The translations under genes were made by a program, and so were the position numbers. From Paraspadella gotoi (taxonomy: Eukaryota; Animalia; Chaetognatha), in contig CM119270.1 of assembly GCA_051294375.1 (NCBI GenBank), forward strand, positions 6,197,744 through 6,251,354: a stretch of 53,611 nt of DNA, given 5' to 3'. The notes beneath the pieces are model-generated. The model was given only the letters and a program-made list of their open reading frames with translations, was not told the DNA's origin and did no database searches. Below are positions 11,956 to 23,099 of this stretch, piece after piece (positions within the stretch are counted from its first letter, which is position 1; each line of letters opens with the position of its first letter).

Positions 11956-13032
11956 GCAAAAAACGCAAATGTAGAACATTTTTAGTTACTTAAAATTGTA
12001 ACTCACAGGTTTTCGAGAGAATCGCTCTCAGCTGTAACTCGAAACCCAGCCAGTCAAGGCGGAAGAAATTCGATCCGCTTAACCACCAAAATTGTAGTGA
12101 TAATCATTTCTTTAAGGTTTTCACCTGTAAATCTAAATTTAAATAATACGAACCCGAGACTAATTTTCCTTTTATCTTTAGCCAATTCCAACTGTAAAGG
12201 TTTTAATCTAAAACGGACTTGCACGAGTCCGATCAGAATAAACGGCGACCACTGTAATTTTTTTCTTCTCTTCTCATTCTGCAGAAACGAAAAACCGGAA
12301 AAAATCTATTTTTCGCTCGATTTATTCCGGAGGCGACGATGGATGGGGGCGGTAGGGGGGGTAAATAAAGGGTGGTGTGGGTGAGTTTAAAGTGGGGAAA
12401 GACAGGGTCTGTGGGGGGAAGAGGGTTCGAAACAAGTGGAATATAAGATGAAGCAGCGGGTTAAGCAGTTTGAGAAAGGTCTGGGGTAGAGGAGTAGAAG
12501 GGTGGAGAGGTAAATGGAAAAAGAATTTTAAAAAAAGTAGGGGAGGTCGGAAACTAAGGGGTAGAGGGAGAGAAAGAGGGCAAAGGGAGGAGTGAGAAAG
12601 AGAAGGAGGAAACGGAAGAGGAAAGGGGAAAAGGGAAGAGAGGAAGAGGAAGAGGAAATGGAAGAGAAAGAGGAATGAGAAGAGGAAAAGGGGAAAAGGG
12701 AATTGAATCTTATTCGTGATCAACGATATTCATTTCCTCTTTAAGGTTCTACTCCTCCTCTTCCTGCTCCTCCTCCTCCTTCTCTTCCTCTCCACTTCCG
12801 ATCAATCTTGCGACTTTTCTTCTTCTTTCCTCTTATCTTTCTTCGCTTTTCTTCTTCTTTCCTCTTATCTTTCTTCTCTTTTCTTCTTCTTTCCTCTTAT
12901 CTTTCTTATCTATTTCTCACTTCTTATTTTCCTCATTCCTAAACTCTTTTAATTCTTATTCTTCTTCTTATTCTTTTTTAGATTCCTCTTCCTCTTCCTT
13001 GTCGCCACCTAATCGATCTCGTTTTTCAACTC

Positions 13033-13127
<95 letters not shown>
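13033..13127. repeat. (AAAG)n microsatellite
   Basis: Perfect AAAG run. Confidence 0.97.
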
Positions 13128-13740
13128 CCAAGAGCCCAAAGGCAACAAGTAATGAAGATCCATGGGTCTTATTACCTCCGCCGGGCGAGGAAGGTTTGGG
13201 TAGGGCGGTGGCGGGTTGGGGTCTAGCGGACTTATAAGGGAAAGAGTTGGCGACAAAGAAGGAAGATAACTAAAAAAAGTTACTTTCTATTATAAACATT
13301 TACTTTCTTAATGAAGCAACAGTGCAGAATACATAGAAAAAAGTTTTTATTTTTTTTTTTACTGTTTAGGCTAAAATAATATTTTCACGCCGACAAATCA
13401 AGTCCTTTTCTTTCAATATCAAGTTATAAGCGATCAACGATTATTCTTTCCGCATCGACTTACCCTCATTTAACCTTTATAAATGGAAGGTCAAAGATAC
13501 GAGCCCAGGGTTCGAACCCTGGTCACCGCCTAATCGATCTGGGGGCGTCGTTGAGATTATCTGGTGGGTAAAGTGATTTTTTATCTCAAGGGAACCGAAG
13601 TTTTAAGATCGTTTTTTGGTCGAGTTATTTTTAATTGTGATTAAAGTCGGATAAAAGAATGGAAAGAAGGTAAGTTTCTGAGCCGTGACGAGAAAAAGTG
13701 AGCAAGTAAGGCTTTTCAGTGGGATTGGGAATTTGAGAAG

Positions 13741-14440
13741 TCAAACGACGCGCGGGTCATAAAACGAGGGTCAATTGATCATCCAGTCAGGGGATCGAAA
13801 GATCAGCGGGGGAATAAAAAAAGTGACCATCTTCCCCTGAGGGGAAAGGGGAAGAAGTAAGGTCAAAGAAAGAGAGAGAGAGAGAGAGAGAGACGGGTTG
13901 GCGGACAGGGGTCGCGCTTATGGGGCAGAAAAGGTCGGCCTCTTTCCGTTTTCTTTCATGATGGCGGAGTCGCTTCTTTGGAGGAATGATGAGAGCGAGG
14001 CTTGGATCGGCCAGGTCCTCGTTGATAAAAATGGCTGAAATTTGTGAAATGAAAGAGGAGTCAAAAAGAACCGGGAAACATTCTTAAGACAAGAAATCAA
14101 TGTTTAATGAACTGACGGCAAAGTAAGTTTTCGAAGGGACGCCTTATGTTTATCAATGTGAAAACTTCATATAAATCTTAATATAAATCTTAATATAAAT
14201 CTGACCTGTCAACAGAAAAAGTTATTGAAAAAAAATCTCTACCAAAAAAATTAATCTAACCTTAAACAATTGATTAACTAGGTCAATCTAAAACCATTTT
14301 GTGATTCCCCCTCTCTCTTGCTCTCGTTTTGTCCCCCCCTCTCTCTCTCGTTATCCCTGTCTCTCTCTCTCTCTCTAAACCAAATTTGTGGCAAAGACGT
14401 GCATGACAATGCGCACGGCGATGACAGAGATTGCGATGCT

Positions 14441-14474
<34 letters not shown>

Positions 14475-14580
14475 CTAACGACGTCTCCTCTCGGGCCTCA
14501 TTTGGGCCAAATTTCTTTCAGACTTCCGGTTTCGCGTTTTGACCCCAAATGTCCCTTTGCCTCACTTCCTAAACATCTCT

Positions 14581-14671
<91 letters not shown>

Positions 14672-14761
14672 CTCTTTCCTCCATTTTTTTTGTTTGGTCC
14701 CTGTCGAAATCTCCACCACACTTGGCCTCTCACACTTTAATCTTTCCCTTAGAGAGCGTCC

Positions 14762-14844
<83 letters not shown>

Positions 14845-16206
14845 CTCTCTCTCTCTCTCTCCCTACCTTTGATTCGTTCTACTTTCCTTAGGTTTCTTCT
14901 TTTTTTTTCTCTCTTTTCCATTTTCTGAGCAGCTGTTTCCTGAGATCGAAAATATGTTACTGGAGTCAGTCTAGTCTCTTATTTGAGCAAAAGAAAAACA
15001 TATTATTATTCGTTAAACATAATTTAATTTGGCTTTTAAGTTAACTGTCAAGTTAATTTTTTGCTGACGTTATTGGTTGCGACTGTTTGGTTACGCTTCT
15101 TCTTTATTTGATCGCACTTTCCTCACCTTCCTTAGATTGCACCAATTTACTTTCCAAAGATCGCACTTCGTCTTTTTTCCTTCTGATTTTCGGCGTCAAT
15201 AAAATGAAGAGACTTTTCGCCGAAAATCACGTCGTTTCGGAGATAAAAACGATGACGACGGAGGTTCAATACGACGCCGGTGTCAATTACCAAACGAGGG
15301 TCAATGGATCATGCTCAGATCCACGGGGACGACATAGCCCGGAGACGAGATCAGCGGGGAATGAAAAGAAGTGACCGATTTCCCCTGAGGGATTTAAAGG
15401 GGAAGAAGACCAGGCACATGAAAGGTCAAAAGAATAAGAGAGGAGAAGAGAGAGAGAGACGAGAGAGAGAGAGAGACAGAGAGAGAGAGACGGGTTGGCG
15501 GACAGGGGTCGCGCTTATGGGGCAGAAAAGGTCGGCCTCTTTCCGTTTTCTTTCATGATGGCGACTCGTCGTCTTTGGAGGAATGATGAGAGGCGAGCTG
15601 GATCCGCCAGGTCCTCGTTTGAAAAAAATGCTGAAATATTGTTGAAATGAAAGAGGAGTCAAAAAGAACCGGGAAACATTCTTAAGACAAGACAAATCAA
15701 TATTTAACTACGGCAAAGTAAGTTTCGAAGGGACGCCCCTATGTCTATAAATGTGAAAACTTTTATATATATATATAATATATAATATATATAAATCTGA
15801 CCTGTCAACCGAAAAAGTTATTGAAAAAAAATCTCTACCACAAAAAGTAGTAAAAAAATGAATCTAACCTAAACAATGATTACTAGGTCAATCTAAAACC
15901 ATTTGTGATTCCCCCTCTCTCGCTCTCTTTGTTTTCCCCCCCTCTCCTCTCGTATCCCTGTCTCTCTCTCTCTCTCTTAAACCAAAATTTGTGGGCAAAG
16001 CAAAGTCACGTGCATGACAATGCGCACGCGATGACAGAGATTGCGATGCTGACGACGACAGATGACGACGACGGATGAACGACGACGCTAACGACGTCTC
16101 CTCTCGGGCCTCATTTGGGCCAAATTTCTTTCAGACTTCCCGTTTCGCGTTTTGACCCCAAATGTCCCTTTGCCTCACTTCTAAACATCTCTCTCTCTCT
16201 TCTCTC

Positions 16207-16272
<66 letters not shown>

Positions 16273-16360
16273 TCCATTTTTCTTTTGTTTGGTCCCTGTC
16301 GAAATCTCCACACACTTGGCCTCTCACACTTTAATCTTTCCCTTAAGAGCGTCGTTCTCT

Positions 16361-16399
<39 letters not shown>

Positions 16400-16870
16400 C
16401 TCTCTCCTCTCTCTCCTTCTCTCTCTCCCATTACTCTCTCCTCTCCTCCTCTCTCTCTCTCCTCTCTCCTTCCCCTATTGATCTCGTTCTACTTTCCTTA
16501 GGTTTCTTCTTTTTTTCTCTCTTTTCCATTTTCTGAGCAGCTGTTTCCTGAGATCGAAAATATGTTACTGGAGATCAGTCTAGTCTCTTATTTGAGAAAA
16601 GAAAAACATATTATTATTCGTTAAACATAATTTAAATTGGCTTTTAAGTTAACTGTCAAGTTATTTTTTGCTGACGTTATTGGTTGCGACTGTTTGGTTA
16701 CGCTTCTTCTTTATTTATTCGCACTTTCCTCACCTTCCTTAGATTGCACCAATTTATTTCCTAAAATCGCCTTCGTCTTTTTCCTTCTGATTTTCGGCGT
16801 CGTCCAAAAATGAAAGAGACTTTTCGCCGAAAATCAACGTCGTCGGAGATATAAAAAGACGATGACGACG
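13741..16870 (+). repeat. Tandem duplication of a ~1.5-1.6 kb unit (13741-15262 and 15263-16870)
   Basis: Shared colinear blocks, e.g. GACGGGTTGGCGGACAGGGGTCGCGCTTATGGGGCAG at ~13892 and ~15488, and CTGAGCAGCTGTTTCCTGAGATCG at ~14925 and ~16533. Confidence 0.9.
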
Positions 16871-17535
16871 ATGAGGACGACGTGAGCATCGACGACGATG
16901 CAAGAACGATGACGAAAACACAATGACGACAAGACGACGCACGACTACAACGTCCCCACCGACTAGATTTCCCCTCTTCCCTAACGGAGACGCAATAAAA
17001 CAAAATAGCGTCACTATTAGATTTCGAGTCGTGATATAGAGACGACGCGAAGAAGACGACGACAACGACGAAGATAACTGTGTATACAATTGATCATTGT
17101 CGATATAATTTCATCGAATTCTACTTGTGATTCTAGTTTTTAACTAACGTTTGTTTTAATTTAAACTACTTTGTCTATTTTTTCTCTCGCCCCCTACGTC
17201 ACCTTCGGCATTCAAACAAAAGGTAAGTTTTTAAAAACTTATTTTTTTTCATTTGGAAAGTAGAAATCGTGAACATAAAACGGAAGAGAATTAAAAAATT
17301 GAAAATTTTTTTATAAAAATTCATAGAAAGGAACAACACTCTAGTTTCCGGCATTCCACACTTTGTATCGTTTTTTTCTTCCTTTTCTTCCTTTGCTCTT
17401 TCTTTTCTTTTTCATTTTTCCTTTTCTCTCGTGTTTCTTTCTCGGTTCTGCCTTTTTTCTTTCTCTTTAATCTCCTTCTCCTTTTTTCCCTGCACGCATT
17501 AGCCTCATCCTTTTTTTTCCTCCCTTGAAAATCCT

Positions 17536-17588
<53 letters not shown>

Positions 17589-17759
17589 CTCTTCTCTCTC
17601 TCGTCTCTCTCTCTCTCTTCTCCATCTTTCCTTTCTCCCTTTTCAACGTCGCTTTCAACCTTTTTTTAAACCTTTTTTTTTCTTCCTTTTTTATTTCTTT
17701 TTTTCTCCTCCCCTTCTCTAATTAATTAGCATTTTTATCGAGAAGGAAACGAATGGGGT

Positions 17760-17791
<32 letters not shown>

Positions 17792-18248
17792 CGGTCCGTC
17801 GGGTAACAAAATGGTTTTAAATCGGTTGAAAATCATCGGAGCGACGGGGTTTTTTTCTGTTCTTTTAAAAAAGCGATTAGGAGAAGGGAAAAAAAAAGAA
17901 AAAAGAAAAAAAAAAAAAAAAAAGAAAAGGAAAAACTTATAATAAGTAAAAAAAAAGTACGAAACGAGCTTAAAATCAAAAAGATAAAGATATAAGACAA
18001 AGGGAAGAGACTTAAGGCATTTTTATTATTTTAACGGATAGAAATACAATTCTAATAATTCCGATATCGGAAATATTTGAAAAGATGCAATAATGTCATT
18101 ATTAATGAACATATTTGAGATTAATTGAATGAAGTAAAATGTTGCCAATTAAAAACGACAGGAGTTTTAATTTTATTAAAAAATAACCATAACTCCTTTG
18201 CCTACCCCCTCTTATACTCCTCCTGCGACTCTATCTCTCTCTTCTGAC

Positions 18249-18317
<69 letters not shown>

Positions 18318-18447
18318 CCTCCTCTACCTCCCTCTTCACTCCACTCCTCCTCGCTCCGACTATAGCCTCGCGATGGACGTTGTTATTGAATTATAGCATC
18401 TGAGTGTTGGAAAATGAGGAAAAAAACAGATCGCCTCTTGCCTCTCT

Positions 18448-18479
<32 letters not shown>

Positions 18480-18552
18480 TCCTGTCTCTCGTCTCTCTCT
18501 CTCTCTCTCTCCTCTACTTCTCTCTCTCTCTCTCTCCTCTCTCTCTCCTCCT

Positions 18553-18583
<31 letters not shown>

Positions 18584-18649
18584 TGCGCGCTTTCTCTTTG
18601 CCTTTTTGTGATTTTAAATAGTAGTTGAAAAAAAGGGAAAAAAATAAAA

Positions 18650-18940
18650 TGAAAAATTATGATGCTTCGTGTTGGTCGGGCCTTGAAACCGGTTCAGCCC
18701 CGAGGCGAGCGGGAAGAGAACCTGGATATTGAAAGAACAGCTGTGTGATGCACGAAGACGAGACAGCGATTTCATTATGTCCCGCACCGAGTTATCCAAA
18801 CGCCTAATAAGCCTCCGAAGTCTCATAATATGGAGCATTTTTACCACTCTGGGCACACCGATCGTTTGAAGTTTTTCCTGCTTCCGGAGGGTCCCTTGGC
18901 GGTGTCTCATGCCCTCGTGTTGCGCCGGGTATCATTGAAA
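18650..18940 (-). CDS. Candidate DEG/ENaC-family exon encoding pre-TM2/TM2 (frameshifted in this assembly)
   Basis: Minus strand: TLRKQEKLQTIGVPRVVKMLHIM, then after a frame slip DFGGLLGVWI (18822-18793), then GGTGCGGGA (G-A-G). This resembles the DEG/ENaC TM2 consensus D(I/F)GGxLGL(W/F)xGxS. Exon boundaries approximate. Confidence 0.6.
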
Positions 18941-19319
18941 TTAAAAAAACAGTTTCTAATGGTTTTTTCAAAGTCGTTTCCAAATAATAATCATCTTTTC
19001 GTCAAGTAAACAAAAACGAACGTCTTTTCATCGTCGATTACGCCATAATTTCTTGTCTTCGCATACTCCAATGTTCTATTATATTGGTTTTCATCTTTAA
19101 CATTAAGTTAGTCATAAAATCTTGCCCGAGAACCGTCGTCCCGTCGTCACCTCCGTCCATCCTTGGTTCCCATTTGTCTCCGTCGTTTGGGCCACTATCC
19201 CATCGGGACTATCAGCGTCGGTGTCCTAAGGGAGGCATGACTATTCAGCTACCGTCCCTGTCTCCCATCTCCGGGTGCCACCGCTCAACATCTCACTTAT
19301 TTACACTCCGCCTCAAAGG

Positions 19320-19610
19320 CCTGAATACAAAATCTCGCATCTAACTGCATCGTTTCACGATATATCACTACTCCTCCGCAATTGATGCGTGGCTGGTGGC
19401 TGCCCTGAGTGAACTTCTCATGCGCAATCATTGGGCTTAGTCGTCGTAATTGCCGTCGTGTGCACCGCCCGAATCGCCGTGACGCGCGACCACCGGAGCT
19501 GAGCTGGTAGCCCGCCGATCGAGCAACGTTCGGATAACGCGAGCCGCAACGCAATACGATATCTCTATCCTAAGCAGGCACGAACTGCGAACCCCGAAGA
19601 AAAAAGTTAA
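19320..19610 (-). CDS. Candidate DEG/ENaC cysteine-rich thumb exon (very noisy)
   Basis: Fragments SCLLR / DIVLRCGSRYP / GRCT / DCA / NCG / KRCS across frames. The cysteine spacing resembles the thumb domain (C...IVxxCxC...P...C...CA...CxC..C), and the segment lies just upstream of the TM2 exon. Confidence 0.35.
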
Positions 19611-20111
19611 ATCTGCATTGGAGGACAGAGAAATGGAGGTGAAAAAACATGGAGAAGAAAAAATAACGATGGTATCTGACCAAACAGAAGAACAACTCTG
19701 GGCGGAAAGGAAAAAGACTCTTGAGAGTCAGAGACCAGCAGAGAAGACTGATGATAAGAAGTCTCGACATTTACAAGATTATAGGAAAGGCGTGAAAGAA
19801 GTCCAGAAACTAAGAAAACGTGATTGAAAGGATGCCAAATCTTTTGAGATTGAACAAGAGTGAAAAAAGATCAGAAGTCAAGCCACATACTTCTTCAGAC
19901 ACGGTACAACAAATACAGAAATCAAAGTTCTTTTCCATTACTATATTAACGTTCCGATAATTTCTAAATCTCTGTTTGAATATTGGGTGTCAGTCTCTTT
20001 TTCTTACGATGACGACAGTACTGGCTGATCCTCTTCCAAGGGCGGTCCTTTAGCGGGCATCTATGACTTCAGTAGCACGAAGAAAAAAAAAATTTTAGTG
20101 GCACTTCTCCA

Positions 20112-20450
20112 GATCCAAGCCCTCTCCGATTATTTTTAAGGCTTCTCGAACTAAGGCCCTCTCCAATTCAAGACCTTCTGATCCAAGCCCCTCTACCTAA
20201 TTTAAGCCTTTCAATTGACCAAGGACTATATCCGATTTAGGCCTTCCTCGAAGCTAAGCCTTTCCCAATTTTAAGACATACCGCCCTATCCCAGAGGGCC
20301 TCTCTCCGACTTCTTAGGCCTTCTATCGAGCCCAGAGGCCACTCCCGATTTCAAAGGCCTTCTTGACTTGAAGCCCACCTTCTTCCGATTTAAACTTCTC
20401 TACTTCCAAGGTCCCTCTCCGATTTAAGGCCTTCTTCGACCCCAAGGGGT
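20112..20450. repeat. Degenerate ~33-bp minisatellite (CCAAGGCCCTCTCCGATTTAAGGCCTTCTCGA-like)
   Basis: Roughly ten noisy units with recurring CCCTCTCCGATTT and AAGGCCTTC. Confidence 0.75.
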
Positions 20451-20876
20451 CCGTGCGTCGGTGGGTCGGAGGGCACGAGGGGAGGAGCAGGGCGCGTGTC
20501 AGGGGGGACGAAGTCGTACGGTAGGCTGTGGGGTGGCGCAGGTGGGTGTGGTGGGCGCGCGCCACTCCAGATTTAAAGATCTCCGTTCCATCGTTCTGCC
20601 ATCCCATTTTAGAAAGATGCGCGCTTCGGTTTCCGAATAATAATTCTAGTTCATCTCCGCCCGCAGCGAGGAAAGATAAGAAGAAAGAGTTGATGGAGGG
20701 CAGTCAAACCCGTGCCTCGCGTCTGGAAGATGGTGGGAAGAACGAGCAGGAGAGAGAGACGATGAATGCGGGGGAGAAGAGAGACGAGAGATGGAGAGCG
20801 GATGAGGAGACTGAGCAAAAAAATCATTAAAATCACAATTCCGACGCTCGGCGCCTCCGTTCTTTATTTCTTTATA

Positions 20877-20916
<40 letters not shown>

Positions 20917-21480
20917 CTCTCTCTCGCTCTCTCTCCTCTCTATCTCTACTCTCCTACAATCTCTCTCTCTCTCTCTCTCGGATGGGCCTGCCAAACGCGC
21001 CCAAGAGAGTCCTCCCGGCGCCGCATATGCCCGGTCTGGCGAGATTTGGGGGATCTCCGCGGGAGACCAACTTTAAGGCCAGCGGTGTTAATGTCGTCGT
21101 CGTACGTCTGTCGTGCGGTCGTCGTCGCGTCGTCAGCGTGCTATTAAAGCCTTCATCTTTCGTCGGTCTTCTCTTCGATTCTTTGATCCGTCATTGTCGG
21201 TTCGTCCATCGGCTCTTTGCGGATCGCTCCACGCCGTCCTTGCCTGGTCCTCGTCATAATTTCTCCTCCTTGTACGCACTTGTCAAGAAAAAAAAATGAA
21301 AAACGAATTCGAATTATTGTATAGGAGTATTAGGTGAGTCGTCTATTCCATGTCTCCATAGGCTCTACTCTCTCTCGGGTAAAAAAACTTGCATAGATAT
21401 TTATTCCCTCTCACTCTCTTCTTTCCTTTTTTTTTCTTCTTCTTTTTTTTTTAATTCTCGCTGCCACTTTTTTTTGTCTC

Positions 21481-21750
21481 CTCCTATTAAATTGGCAGCC
21501 TAACCAATATCAAAAATTCATCGACATTCATTTAATAAAGCTATCTAGTGTGTACTTCCATCTCTATCAGGTCCTTTGGATGGTACAGGCATCCCTCCAT
21601 ATACACCTACAAGGAAACATAACATCGCAGGTCCCTGCAAGCTTTCAATCAGACTCCTTCACAGTCTCCGCGCCCTTTTTCACTCCCAGAGACATGGCTT
21701 CGCCCTATTAATGAAACTTGTATATTTTAATTTATAGACTAGACCACTCT
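21481..21750. repeat. Inverted, noisy copy of 10341-10535
   Basis: CCCTGCAAGCTTTCAATCA at ~21634 is the reverse complement of TGATTGAAAGCTTGCAGGG at ~10379; flanking blocks are colinear. Confidence 0.7.
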
Positions 21751-23099
21751 NNNNNNNNNNNNNNNNNNNNNNNNNNNNNNNNNNNNNNNNNNNNNNNNNN
21801 NNNNNNNNNNNNNNNNNNNNNNNNNNNNNNNNNNNNNNNNNNNNNNNNNNNNNNNNNNNNNNNNNNNNNNNNNNNNNNNNNNNNNNNNNNNNNNNNNNNN
21901 NNNNNNNNNNNNNNNNNNNNNNNNNNNNNNNNNNNNNNNNNNNNNNNNNNNNNNNNNNNNNNNNNNNNNNNNNNNNNNNNNNNNNNNNNNNNNNNNNNNN
22001 NNNNNNNNNNNNNNNNNNNNNNNNNNNNNNNNNNNNNNNNNNNNNNNNNNNNNNNNNNNNNNNNNNNNNNNNNNNNNNNNNNNNNNNNNNNNNNNNNNNN
22101 NNNNNNNNNNNACTCTCTTAAGTATTAGATCGGGGAATACTATATTGTACTTATTTTTCTTTCAAATTTTCATTTTTTCCCTTGGCTCCTTTCTTTTCAC
22201 TTTCAAAAGCCGTTTATATATCCCTTAGGGGGACTCCCATTCCGGGAGGCTTAACGCAAGAAAAAAAGCTAATTACTGTCGGGTCAGTGGACAAAGTTCC
22301 TCTCCTTCTCAATTTTTCTCTCTTTCTTTCTCATCGCGAATCGTTATGACGGGTCACTTCATGCGATAACAAAGACTCTGGCGGCGATGGGTGAGGCGGC
22401 AGCGGCGGCGGCGGCTGCGGCAGCGGCGGCGGCGATTATGGCTGAGGACCTAATGGGCGGACTTGATGGTGCGATGTATTTTCAATTGACTTTTAACTCG
22501 ATTATGACCGACGCTGTTTTTATCTCATAATTTCTTTAAGGGTCTTGACTTCTTTCTCTTTTTTTAATGGGATAAGTGTCTTTCAGAAATAGGTTAAAAA
22601 TACTATATATATTTTACTAACCTCTCTCTTTCTCTCTCTTTATATCTTCTCTTTTCTTCTAACCTTTTCATTCTTCCATCTTTCTTAAATTTTTTCGAGT
22701 AGAAAAAAGGTCCTTAAAAGAGGTAGGAAAAACAAGAAGTAAGAAAAAAAAATAAGAATCCAAACTGAAAATAGTCATAAAATTTTAAAAAGAAGAGAAG
22801 ATCATCACAATAAAATTAATGAATCTTTTATAAGTAGTATTCTTTAGTTATCATCTTAGTTTTTGCCTTTTAATCTTTTCTCAATCTCTCTCTTCCTCTT
22901 TTTCAACCTCTATCCCTTTCTCCCATCGCGAGCTCCGTCTCTGTCTCATTTTCTCTCTTTTCTGTCTCCTTCTCATCGCGTCGCCCCTCCCCTTAATTTC
23001 CCTCTTTTTAAATTCTTCAAAGTCATTCTTTTTCTTCGGCCATTTTTGCCGCTCGAGCGCCACTCAACTAATTGCCGCCCCGCTGGACCAGTTCGAGGT

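Noticed and set aside
18614-18910. Voltage-sensor S4-like reading (MLHIMRLRRLIRRLD)
   Set aside because: The adjacent frame gives DFGGLLGVWI, which fits DEG/ENaC TM2 and agrees with the other exon candidates; no other voltage-gated-channel segments were found.
20112-20450. CRISPR array
   Set aside because: Units are head-to-tail without unique spacers, there are no cas-like ORFs, and the context is eukaryotic.
21200-21290. Additional thumb exon (minus strand CVQG..NYDEDQ after a polypyrimidine tract)
   Set aside because: The position is compatible with the channel gene, but the motif is too short and noisy to support a call.
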